From NCBI GenBank assembly GCA_965223155.1, contig CBDCVR010000015.1, forward strand, positions 384,001-448,000: a stretch of DNA of 64,000 nucleotides. Direction: 5' to 3'. Each line of letters opens with the position of its first letter. The first letter of the stretch is position 1. Made by a program: the position numbers and the translations under genes. Positions 1 to 8,752 of the stretch are shown in pieces. The notes beneath the pieces are model-generated. The model had not been told where the DNA came from. It saw only the letters and a program-made list of their open reading frames with translations, and did not search any database. The DNA is from Candidatus Multivoradales bacterium (lineage in GTDB: Bacteria > Acidobacteriota > Thermoanaerobaculia > Multivoradales > JAHEKO01).

Positions 1-2350
1 TATAGAGACTCAACGCGGCGTTCCTGATCTCCCCTCTAACGCTAGATTCAGAACTGTTCGACATCCGAATGAGCAGGCCGGGAACTCGGCTGAGCTGCTG
101 CCGCGCCTCCAATCGTGACCGATCGGTAGGCTGCCGATTTGCCAGATTCTGAGACTCTTCGGGGTCGACACTCAAATCATAGAGTTCCTGCCTGCCATGC
201 AACGGCCACCACGAAGTGTTGTAAAAAATGTACTTGATCCGGTTCTTGTACCGAAGACTGATGCCATAGTTCGTGTTCGCCGCATACGTCCATGCAGCGC
301 CAGGTGGCGTACGTTGGCCTCCTCCAACAAGGGAAAGCAGAGAGACACCTTCAACGCCCCACGGCGATTCGACATCAAGAAGCTCAAGGAGCGTGGGTAG
401 AATATCGATAGAGCGAACCTGTTCCGTTATCACCTTCCCTCTCGGCAACTCCGAGGGATACGCGATGATCAGAGGGACCAGGATGTCGTGATCGTAGACG
501 TGACCATGCCCTCGTTGTGAGTGTTCGCCGAGAGCCTCTCCATGGTCGGAAGTCAAGATCACGACAGTCTTGTCTTCTAGGTCAAGTTCTCGCATTGTAC
601 GAAATAGTTTTCCGACCTGATCATCCGCAAAGGCAATGCCACTGTCGTACAGATCGGTCGTAAGTCTTTGCGCATCGTCCCCGGCAAAGTATCCAGCAGC
701 TTCTTCGCCGAGCGTCACCCACCGGTGCAAGGCTGAAAGCTGACCTTGCCGAGCCTGCGCAGGGACGGGTTCGATTCGAACGCCGGCCAGTCCGGGCGGC
801 GCTGAATCGTTGAAACTCGAAAAGTATGGCTCGCGCCGGCGATACGGAGCGTGGACCTCATACGTGTGAAGAAAGAGAAAGAACGGCCGTCCTTCCTGGC
901 TAGACAGCCATGCCCGAGCTCGACTGAAGATCTCCTCAGCTTCGCTTTCGCCTCGGCCGGTAGGGGGGTAGTAGTACTCATCAAATCCCTTGGTGAATCG
1001 ATATCTAGGATGAAGAAAACCACCCCCGGTCAGTGCTGCGGTGACGTAACCCTCCGACCTGAGAATCTCTGCCAGCATTTTGGGGCGCTCCATCTGGCCG
1101 AGATGATCCACACCGTGAGTCAAAGCGTCTTGCCCACTGAAGATGGAGACATGAGACGGAAGGGTCCATGGAGCTGACGCAACTGCGGACTGGAAGTTCA
1201 CACCACTCCTATCAGCCCATGCGTCGATATTGGGAGAGGTCTTCCTGGAGTACCCATTTAGCGACAGATGATCTGCCCTAAGTGTGTCCAACGAAATCAG
1301 AATCACGTTCGGCCGAGTCTTACGGAGGCTGTCCGGTACGACGCGAGGATTTCCCCAGGCCGCAAGTCCCCTTGTCAGCCCATCGGGAAGGGTCGAGTCT
1401 GTCTCCATTGTTATGGTCGCAATCTCTCCGCCATACGTCGACAAATCGACCTCTTGCGCTACCCAATCGCTGGCCTGGCCCGTCGGGCTGCGGCCGAGAG
1501 TCCTTCGGAATAACAGTTCTTGGGGGCCATCGCCACGTCGTGCCCAGACCTTCACTACGGGATCCCCTATCGTCAATTCAGGTCCTACGGCTCGCCCCGT
1601 TGTGACTCCTACATACCTCGCGTGGTCCCATTTCAACGAGGCTCGCTCCGGAAGGTCAAGCGTCCACTCACGAACCCTCCCAGCAGGACTGACAAATCCG
1701 TTGCGGAGAGTGGTTCCGATTTTGATCTGCCACACCGTTTCTGTACGCTCGGAAAGCGCATCTGTGGCCAGCAAAGAGTGCCCTACGACGCTCCTCAGGG
1801 CAATCCGCTCGCCTCGAACGCTCGTGGGATCGAGACGGAGGGTAGCCACCGACGAGGACCAGTGGGGGGAGCTAGACACAGGGAAGATGAACGCAGTAAA
1901 GCCTTGCTCCGCAGCTCTTGACTGCGTGGCGAACATCCCCCGTTCTGAAGAAAAGCCTTCGCCTTCCGAGGCCCAGAATATCTGGGGGCGACCTTTGGCC
2001 GCGCCATTCAGCACAACCTCGATCGCATCCACCATCCGAGTGTCAAAATCCGTGTGACGCCAGATCTGCGGATCGTCCGAAGACGAGGAAAGGGTGAGAC
2101 GACCTCCGCTTACTTCCAGGTCACCGTCTACGTTGTGCACCTCCCACTTGGCCAGATCTCTATCGTCCACGAACGACCAGGAGAACACTTCGGCGCGACG
2201 AGTAACTCCTTCGAGAGAAAAGACTTCGGCTGGGGCTTCCGTCGCGAAACGCACTACTTGACTGGGCTCACCACCACAGGCCGACAAACCTCCCATGATG
2301 AGGAGAAGACACGCCGGCAGGGCTGAGGCAGGTTCTGTCTTCTGAAACAC
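1..2350 (-). CDS. Sulfatase/alkaline-phosphatase-superfamily lipoprotein with N-terminal beta-rich domain (3' end runs off the window)
   Basis: Absent from the ORF track because there is no stop in the window. Manual translation from GTG 2350 gives MFQKTEPASALPACLLLIMGGLSA-C (lipobox), then RPNVILISLDTLRADHLSLNGY, SAPWTLPSHVSIFSG, ILTSDHGE, QVRSIDILPTL and ELYDLSVDPEE. Confidence 0.88.
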   Translation of the reverse strand, partial: MFQKTEPASALPACLLLIMGGLSACGGEPSQVVRFATEAPAEVFSLEGVTRRAEVFSWSFVDDRDLAKWEVHNVDGDLEVSGGRLTLSSSSDDPQIWRHTDFDTRMVDAIEVVLNGAAKGRPQIFWASEGEGFSSERGMFATQSRAAEQGFTAFIFPVSSSPHWSSSVATLRLDPTSVRGERIALRSVVGHSLLATDALSERTETVWQIKIGTTLRNGFVSPAGRVREWTLDLPERASLKWDHARYVGVTTGRAVGPELTIGDPVVKVWARRGDGPQELLFRRTLGRSPTGQASDWVAQEVDLSTYGGEIATITMETDSTLPDGLTRGLAAWGNPRVVPDSLRKTRPNVILISLDTLRADHLSLNGYSRKTSPNIDAWADRSGVNFQSAVASAPWTLPSHVSIFSGQDALTHGVDHLGQMERPKMLAEILRSEGYVTAALTGGGFLHPRYRFTKGFDEYYYPPTGRGESEAEEIFSRARAWLSSQEGRPFFLFLHTYEVHAPYRRREPYFSSFNDSAPPGLAGVRIEPVPAQARQGQLSALHRWVTLGEEAAGYFAGDDAQRLTTDLYDSGIAFADDQVGKLFRTMRELDLEDKTVVILTSDHGEALGEHSQRGHGHVYDHDILVPLIIAYPSELPRGKVITEQVRSIDILPTLLELLDVESPWGVEGVSLLSLVGGGQRTPPGAAWTYAANTNYGISLRYKNRIKYIFYNTSWWPLHGRQELYDLSVDPEESQNLANRQPTDRSRLEARQQLSRVPGLLIRMSNSSESSVRGEIRNAALSLY

Positions 2351-2371
2351 TGGCAAACTGAAACTGCATAC

Positions 2372-2408
2372 AGAAGAGCCTGGCCTTTGTCAAAGGCCAG
2401 GCTCTTCT
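2372..2408. terminator. Intrinsic terminator-like perfect inverted repeat
   Basis: AGAAGAGCCTGGCCTTTG-T-CAAAGGCCAGGCTCTTCT (18-bp arms), 25 bp past the stop of the 2433..3623 gene. Confidence 0.75.
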
Positions 2409-2432
2409 TGTCTCAATATCTTGACGAGGGAC

Positions 2433-3623
2433 TTACTCTTCTCCCGCCCCTACAGACACGTCATCGAGTCGCCTGCTGAGATCCTCGATGGTCGCCTGCT
2501 GTTGAAGTGTGTACAGAGTAAGCTCTTCGATCTTCTCGAGCATTGCAAAACTCAGCTTGCGAAGATTTACACCGTTGGCATCGATTTCCGCGCCGCTAGG
2601 AACGTTAGGTAGGTGCTTGTTTTCCTCAATGAAGGACTCGAGATCTGCAAGACTCCGTAGCGAGTACTCTGGCTCGAAAACGTAGTCAGGAGTGCACCCA
2701 CCACCACCAGCCACGTCGGAACAGTTCCCCGCAGCCAAGGTGAGGTCACCATCAGGACTCAGGGACAACTCAATATCGCCGTCGCTCGTGTCCACAAAAT
2801 TGAAGAGGCCGCCATTTGTCACCGAGAACCTCCATGTCTGAGAGGCGGTGTTGTTGGTGATGTCGAATCGCGCGATCGCTCCACCTTCTAGGTGCATGAG
2901 TGTAGCATTCCCCCCGCCGGCGTCTTCGACGTGCAACTGCGCCGTACCATCCGTCCTCCTCACATGCACCGACGCATCCGGACTCGCGGTCCCGATACCC
3001 ACGTTGCCGCTTCCCGCCAGGTCGATCGCGCTGGTGGGCGCGCCGGGGCGGATGCGGAAGGGCAGGCTCGAACCGTTGGAAACGTCGCGGATGAAGTAGT
3101 TGGTCTCGTTGCCGGCAACGTCCCAGATCTGAGGCGCGAAGCCGGAGGTGCCGTCCTGCTCGAGGCGCAGGGTGGGCGTGTCGCCGGACTTGATGTGCAC
3201 TTCCACGACGGGCGTGCTCGTGCCGATACCGATCCTGCCGCCATCATCGACATAGAGCGAGTGCGACCGCGCGTTGGCCTCGACCGTGAAGGGGGTCCTG
3301 CCGCCGGTGATGTCGTCGATCGAGAACTTGTTGGCGCCGCCGTTGGCGGAGTCGTTCGCGGTTAGCTGCCAGTCGTTCCGTGGAAAGCTGGCCGCGGTGC
3401 TGGTGTCGTCGAACTTGATCCGTAGGTTGTTCTCCTTGAGACGGATCGTGTCGAAACCGAAACTCTCACCGTTGACACAGTCAAACCCGACACAAGCCGA
3501 GCCGTCGATGATGACGTCGTCCAAGTGCACGATGTCGGCCGAGGCGGGCGCACCCGGAGCCAGGGCCAACGCGAAAAGGCCGAAAGCGGCCGAGATCCAC
3601 AGCGTTCCTTGTAGTTGCTTCAT
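2433..3623 (-). CDS. Secreted tail-fibre-like protein with C-terminal chaperone-like/coiled-coil module
   Basis: Sec signal ending ASA|DIVH; GRIGIGTSTP and GNVGIGTASP fibre repeats; C-terminal PDYVF...HLPNVPS...LEKIEELTLYTLQQQ coiled coil; RBS AAGGAG upstream. Confidence 0.8.
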   Translation of the reverse strand: MKQLQGTLWISAAFGLFALALAPGAPASADIVHLDDVIIDGSACVGFDCVNGESFGFDTIRLKENNLRIKFDDTSTAASFPRNDWQLTANDSANGGANKFSIDDITGGRTPFTVEANARSHSLYVDDGGRIGIGTSTPVVEVHIKSGDTPTLRLEQDGTSGFAPQIWDVAGNETNYFIRDVSNGSSLPFRIRPGAPTSAIDLAGSGNVGIGTASPDASVHVRRTDGTAQLHVEDAGGGNATLMHLEGGAIARFDITNNTASQTWRFSVTNGGLFNFVDTSDGDIELSLSPDGDLTLAAGNCSDVAGGGGCTPDYVFEPEYSLRSLADLESFIEENKHLPNVPSGAEIDANGVNLRKLSFAMLEKIEELTLYTLQQQATIEDLSRRLDDVSVGAGEE

Positions 3624-3635
3624 TGCTTCGTCTCC

Positions 3636-4463
3636 TTATCGGTTGTCTGGCGTATTGTTCGAATCAGACACCGGCCGGTGCTCGGGGGAATGCCCCAGCG
3701 CCAGCGCGGTCTCGTCGTTGTCTCCGGAGGATGCCCGGTCGGCCTGAGCGAGTCCACCAGCAGCCTGCTGTACCTGAGCCGCCGGCGTGGTAAAGACCTC
3801 GACCGCACCGGCCGCGACCTCGTCATCGCTGTCGCCGGCCGGCCCACGTGGCGCGGACGCACCGGGCGCCGAACCACCGGCAAGCTCGATCCCCGACGAG
3901 CCTTCCAGGCTTGCCGGCGGACCGGCTTCCCGCATGGGCAGCGGCTCCTGGACCGAAGGATCGACGGCAAAGCCGTTCACGATCGCAAACGTGCCGTTCT
4001 GGCTGCCCGGAACCGCGGCTCCAAAGACCTCCAGGCCGTTTTTCCTCGCCGATGCTTCGATCCGAAGCTGCTTAGCGACCTCGGGATCGTGGATATAGGA
4101 AAGCTCCCAGGTATAGGTGCCGTCCGGGAACGGTTGACCGGAATCGTCCACGACGTTCACGATCGGCGTCTCTCCTCTGCCGAAGACCTGCCGATAGATC
4201 TGGCCGGGACCCGAAATGGTCAGGACCGCGCGCGCAAAACCAAAATTGGGCACGATCTGGACGCCGTTCGGATGTACGAAGACGTCGGCCTGGGGACCGG
4301 CCCCGGCTCCGAGAACCGGAGCTCCCAGAAGAAGAGCCGCCAGGAGCGCCATTGCAGCCAGTGGAACCCGTGGAGTCCGTAGAGCCAGGGCCCGGTTGGT
4401 GGACCGAATTGGTGAAGATCTCAAGGCTGTTCTCCTTTCGAACTGGGAGTCTGTCGATTCCAT
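3636..4463 (-). CDS. Secreted hypothetical protein (beta-sandwich core plus low-complexity acidic tail)
   Basis: Hydrophobic signal-like segment MALLAALLLGAPVLG; core AVLTISGPGQ...FPDGTYTWEL...QNGTFAIVNG. It lies 15 bp after the adhesin stop and 12 bp before the fibre gene. The start may be the internal ATG near 4352. Confidence 0.65.
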   Translation of the reverse strand: MESTDSQFERRTALRSSPIRSTNRALALRTPRVPLAAMALLAALLLGAPVLGAGAGPQADVFVHPNGVQIVPNFGFARAVLTISGPGQIYRQVFGRGETPIVNVVDDSGQPFPDGTYTWELSYIHDPEVAKQLRIEASARKNGLEVFGAAVPGSQNGTFAIVNGFAVDPSVQEPLPMREAGPPASLEGSSGIELAGGSAPGASAPRGPAGDSDDEVAAGAVEVFTTPAAQVQQAAGGLAQADRASSGDNDETALALGHSPEHRPVSDSNNTPDNR

Positions 4464-4478
4464 TCTAGCCGCCCCTCG

Positions 4479-7400
4479 CTACTGCTCGGGATCGAAGGTG
4501 GCGGTGCAGCTGGTGGCGCCGCTGACCGTGACGCTGGTCACCGCGCCGCCGGTACAGGCACCGCTCCAGCCGGCGAAGACCGAACCCGGATCGGCGCGGG
4601 CGGCAAGCGATACCACGGTGCCGTCGTCAAAGTCGGCTTCGCAGTCGCTTCCGCAGGCGATCCCAGCCGGCCGGCTGGTGACGCTCCCCACCCCGGCTCC
4701 CGCCAGAACGATGGTGAGCGTTGACTGGTTCGTAAGCTGAGTGAAGGTCGCCGTGCAGGTCGCGTTGACCACTCCGTCGAGCTCGCCGTCGGCGCAGTCG
4801 GCGTCGCCGCCGAAGCCGTCGAACGAGAACCCGGCATCGGGCACCGCCGACAGGACGATTCGGGTGTTCTGGAAGATGAACGAGCAGACCGCGCCGCAGT
4901 CGATGCCGGCGGGATCGCTGGTGACGACACCACCACCCGAGTTGTTGATCGTGATGGTGACCGGATCGCCTTGCGGCGGCGGCGCGTCATCGAAGGTCGC
5001 CGTACAGGTCTTGTCTCCATCCGGAACCAGGGATCCGTCCAAGCAGTCGGCGTCGCCGCCGAAGCCCAGGAAGATCGAATCGGCTCCCGGAATCGCCGCC
5101 AGCTGAATCGGCGCATCGGTGGGGAACGACGCCGTACAGGTCGAGCCGCAGTCGATGCCCGCCGGCGTGCTGACGACGCTGCCCGAGGACGCTCCAAGCG
5201 TGGTGACGCTCGAGATGGTCACGTTGATCGTGGCCGGAATGATCTGGATGAAGACGGTCGCCGTGTCGCAAAGCGACGGGGTCCCGTCATCGCAGACCTC
5301 GTAGTCGAACTGGTCGGTGGCGACCTGGTCGTCGGTATTGGTGTAGCTGAACGTGCCGTTGGCGTTCAAGGTGACGTTACCCGCCGACGGGCCGGAAACC
5401 GGCGTCGTCGTCAGGCTCAGATTGTCGCCGTTGGCGTCCGTGTCGTTGGCGAGGAGACTCGTGGTCACGCCATCGATCAAAGTCGTGGCGGTGCCCAGCG
5501 GGTCAACCCGGATGGTGTCGGCCTGGGCCGACGGGGGATCGTTCTCGGACTCGACGCCGCCGTTGATGGCGACGATCGCCGTGTCGCACAGAACCGGAAC
5601 GCCGTCGTCGCAGACCTGGAAGACGAACTGATCGGGCAGATCGTCGCCACTGGCGGGAGCGTAGGTCACGCTGGCGCTGGTCGAGGTCAGCGGCGTGACC
5701 GCGCTCATCGCGCCCTCACACGGTCCCGGGCCGTCCGGACAGGCCGGAGGCGCCAGGATCGCAAAGGTCAGGTTGTCGCCATCGGGATCGCTTCCGGTCA
5801 TCGTCACGACGATCGGTGTCACGCCCGCGGTGGCCACCGCTTGCTCGTCCGCCTGCGGCGGGTTGTTGAGCGGTTCCTCGCTGTTGATGGTGACGATACC
5901 GGTCGCGCACTTGACCGGCGCTCCCTGATCGCACACCTGGAAGACGAACGTATCCGGATCGCCGGGATTGTTGGGCGTATAGGTCACGCTGACGCTGGCA
6001 AGATCGCTGGCGGGGAGACCCGCAAGCCCTCCGGCCAAGGGGCCGCTGACCAGCGAGAAGTCCAGAATCGTGCCTTCCGGATCGCTGCCCGACAGGACGA
6101 TGACCTCGGAAGCCGCGGCCGTCGTGACGCTCTGCGAGTTCGCGATCGGCGGGTTGTGGAAGGTATTGACGGTGATGGTCACCGTGGCCTGATCGCACAG
6201 GCCGCCGTCGTCGCAGGCTTCGTAGACAAAGTTCCCGGTGCCGGTGCTGCCGTCGCCGGAAGGCAGGAAGGTGATCTCGGCTCCGGCCGGTGGTAGCGGC
6301 GTCAGAACAGAGAGCGAACCGATCGCCGGATTGCTGAACCCACTCACGATCGAGTAGCCAAGCGGGTCGTTTTCGGCGTCCGTGCCGCTCAGGTCAATCA
6401 CGATCAGGGTCACGGTGTCGGTGGTGAGGTTCTGATCGTTGACGACCGGTGGATCGTTGATCCCGCTGATGGTCATGGTGACCGTGCCGGTGTCGCAAAG
6501 GACCGTCGGATCGTCGGCACCGTCTCCGGTGTCGCACGCGGTATAGGTAAAGGTGTCGTTGGCGCTCTCGCCGGTGTCCAAGTACTCGAACTGTCCGGCG
6601 GGATCGTAGGTCACGTCGCTGCCGTTATTGGTCACGGTGCCGCCGCTGGTGCCCTGGGTCACCGATCCCACGTTCAGGACCTGGCTCTCGTTCAAGGGCC
6701 CCGCGCTGTCGTTGGCCAGCACGTTGACGTTGGTCGCCGTGTCTTCGTCCGTTGCCCCGGCGTCGTCGCCGGCGATCGGCGGATCGTTGACCGAGGTCAC
6801 GGTCACGGTGAACTGCTGGGTCGTCGTGTCGATACCGCCGTTGGCTGTGCCGCCCGAATCCATGACCGTGACGGTGATCACCGCCGAGCCGTACTGGTCG
6901 GCCACCGGGGTGAAGTCGAGAGTCCCGGTCGCGTCCGGCGAGGCATAGGTCACGGTCGGATGCGGAATCAGAGCCGTGTTGTCGCTCGAAGCCGTCACCG
7001 TCAGCGGGAACTGCGGCGGCTGAGTCTCGTTGTTGAAGCCCGGAGCGTCTCCGCCCTGGGCGATGCCGGTCAGGTTGACCACCTGCGGGCCGGCATCTTC
7101 GTTGAGGGGCAGGTCCGCGGGATCGTCGAGCGTCGGCGGATCGTTGACCGGGGTTATCGAGATGCCAACCGTCGCGGTCGAGCACTTGACCGGAATCCCG
7201 TCGTCGCACACCTCATACACGAAGGCGTCGACGAAGTTCTCGGAGCCGTCGTGGGTGTAGCTGAAGGTTCCGTCGGCGTTCAGGATGACGGTGCCGAAAT
7301 CGGGGCCGGAAACCGCCGTGGTCGTCACCGTCAGGCTGTCTTGCGGGTTGGGATCCGAGTCATTGGCCAGAACACTTGCTTCGGTCGAATCCAAGACCGA

Positions 7401-8399
7401 TACGGTGCCGCCCTCGAGGACCGAAGCCGAATCGTCAACTGCGTCGGGAGCCTTCTGGAAAAAGCTGGCCAGGATGGTCAGGGCTCCGGTGTCCACCCAG
7501 ACGTCGCGGCCGATGAAGGCGCCGGTCGCGACCGAGTTCTTGTCGACCTTGATCGTGCCGTTGGGGGCGTAGATCGTGGCGTCGAGATCGCCCTGCTGGC
7601 CGTTTTCGGCGGCGGACGGGCTCGCCAGCGGCGTGCCGTCGCCGCCGTTGATGCCGGCCACGTAGATGATGATTGCGGTGGCATCGATCGTCGCCGTCGG
7701 ACTCGGGCCGACGACGCCGAACTTGCCGACGTCGTAGCGCTCGAGAACGCGCAGGTCGGTGGCGTCATCGAAGAGTACCGAGGCACTCTGGCCGACGGTT
7801 ACCGAGCGGACGTCGTAGACGCCGCCGGTAAGGACCAGGGTCGTTCCGTTGGCGAGGCTGACGTTGTTGTAGGCGCCGGGAGCCAGGGTCAGGGGTGAGT
7901 TGGCCGCGGTGACGACCACATCGCTCGCCCCCGGAACCGCGGTCTGAAACGGCGGCAGGGTCAGGGAGCCGGGCGCGCCCTGGCAGACGTGGGTCGCGGG
8001 CTTGTTCTTGTCTTCGATCTCGTTGCAGTAGACGTCCCCGGCTATGTCGCCGGTGCGGTTGATGAGAATGCTGTCGGCCATCGCCTCGACGGTGTTGCTA
8101 GAACCCGCTCCGAGCGTGCCATTGATCGAGGCGCCCTGCCCGAGGCTGAGCTCGACCCCACCGTCCAAGACCAGACCGTCCAGATTCTGCCCATTGACGA
8201 CGACGTCGCCACCGGGCGAGGAAGCATCGCCAACCTGGGCGTCGCGGTTCAGCCACACACTGTTGGTGGCGAGCACGGCGGCCCGGGACAGACCGGCGGG
8301 CTCAGCCGCTTCGGCCGCCGACGGCGGCAACATGGCCCCACCCAGGAGCACGATCCCAAGAGCCAAGATGGATAGCAAACGGCGGGAACGTCGTGTCAT
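4479..8399 (-). CDS. Large secreted adhesin: N-terminal beta-solenoid, ~7 cadherin/Big-like Ig repeats, 3 divergent InlB-B-like repeats
   Basis: Start re-called to ATG 8399 (RBS GAAAGGA; signal peptide MTRRSRRLLSILALG...AEA). Repeats VLANDSDP/NDPP..DD and VCDDG.P..C.TA.V.I; C-terminal 3x VTS.PAGI.CG..C...F. Confidence 0.85.
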   Translation of the reverse strand: MTRRSRRLLSILALGIVLLGGAMLPPSAAEAAEPAGLSRAAVLATNSVWLNRDAQVGDASSPGGDVVVNGQNLDGLVLDGGVELSLGQGASINGTLGAGSSNTVEAMADSILINRTGDIAGDVYCNEIEDKNKPATHVCQGAPGSLTLPPFQTAVPGASDVVVTAANSPLTLAPGAYNNVSLANGTTLVLTGGVYDVRSVTVGQSASVLFDDATDLRVLERYDVGKFGVVGPSPTATIDATAIIIYVAGINGGDGTPLASPSAAENGQQGDLDATIYAPNGTIKVDKNSVATGAFIGRDVWVDTGALTILASFFQKAPDAVDDSASVLEGGTVSVLDSTEASVLANDSDPNPQDSLTVTTTAVSGPDFGTVILNADGTFSYTHDGSENFVDAFVYEVCDDGIPVKCSTATVGISITPVNDPPTLDDPADLPLNEDAGPQVVNLTGIAQGGDAPGFNNETQPPQFPLTVTASSDNTALIPHPTVTYASPDATGTLDFTPVADQYGSAVITVTVMDSGGTANGGIDTTTQQFTVTVTSVNDPPIAGDDAGATDEDTATNVNVLANDSAGPLNESQVLNVGSVTQGTSGGTVTNNGSDVTYDPAGQFEYLDTGESANDTFTYTACDTGDGADDPTVLCDTGTVTMTISGINDPPVVNDQNLTTDTVTLIVIDLSGTDAENDPLGYSIVSGFSNPAIGSLSVLTPLPPAGAEITFLPSGDGSTGTGNFVYEACDDGGLCDQATVTITVNTFHNPPIANSQSVTTAAASEVIVLSGSDPEGTILDFSLVSGPLAGGLAGLPASDLASVSVTYTPNNPGDPDTFVFQVCDQGAPVKCATGIVTINSEEPLNNPPQADEQAVATAGVTPIVVTMTGSDPDGDNLTFAILAPPACPDGPGPCEGAMSAVTPLTSTSASVTYAPASGDDLPDQFVFQVCDDGVPVLCDTAIVAINGGVESENDPPSAQADTIRVDPLGTATTLIDGVTTSLLANDTDANGDNLSLTTTPVSGPSAGNVTLNANGTFSYTNTDDQVATDQFDYEVCDDGTPSLCDTATVFIQIIPATINVTISSVTTLGASSGSVVSTPAGIDCGSTCTASFPTDAPIQLAAIPGADSIFLGFGGDADCLDGSLVPDGDKTCTATFDDAPPPQGDPVTITINNSGGGVVTSDPAGIDCGAVCSFIFQNTRIVLSAVPDAGFSFDGFGGDADCADGELDGVVNATCTATFTQLTNQSTLTIVLAGAGVGSVTSRPAGIACGSDCEADFDDGTVVSLAARADPGSVFAGWSGACTGGAVTSVTVSGATSCTATFDPEQ

Positions 8400-8478
8400 A
8401 GCGGTAGTTCCTTTCTGATCAGCTCGCCTTTCGCGTCTCGTCGAGAGACCGGCCGGCCCGGTACGCTGGACGGCAGCC

Positions 8479-8515
8479 AAAACGCAAAGAGGGCGCCGTA
8501 CCCGACGCCCTCTTT
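8479..8515 (-). terminator. Intrinsic terminator-like hairpin in the 5' leader of the adhesin
   Basis: Minus strand AAAGAGGGCG-tcgggtacgg-CGCCCTCTTT followed by GCGTTTT. Confidence 0.6.
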
Positions 8516-8627
8516 ACTTTCCAGAAGCCTTGAAGTCAGTTGTAGATCGTTGTTTCCCGTCACCAAATCACCCGCGCCAACCGGGCGCGACTCAACCGTC
8601 CGAAGACGTAATAAAAGTTGAAAGCTG

Positions 8628-8655
8628 ATTCTACTCGGAACTTGTTCCTTGTCAA
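8628..8655 (-). promoter_or_regulatory. Sigma70-type promoter
   Basis: Minus strand TTGACA-16 bp-TAGAAT in an AT-rich intergenic patch. Confidence 0.7.
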
Positions 8656-8752
8656 GGCCTAACCGCGAATCCGTGTGACGATACCGTCACGCCTGACCGG
8701 GCCCGGCTCGCGCACCCTCCGGAAAACGCCCGGAAAGCCTTCTGGGGCCGCC

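Noticed and set aside
172-2326. Short ORFs in the track, including 1284..2057 (+, 257 aa)
   Set aside because: They are shadows of the real minus-strand sulfatase-fold gene 1..2350 and carry no motifs.
2433-3623. Prophage interpretation of the tail-fibre-like gene
   Set aside because: It has a Sec signal peptide, and no capsid, terminase, integrase or baseplate genes are present.
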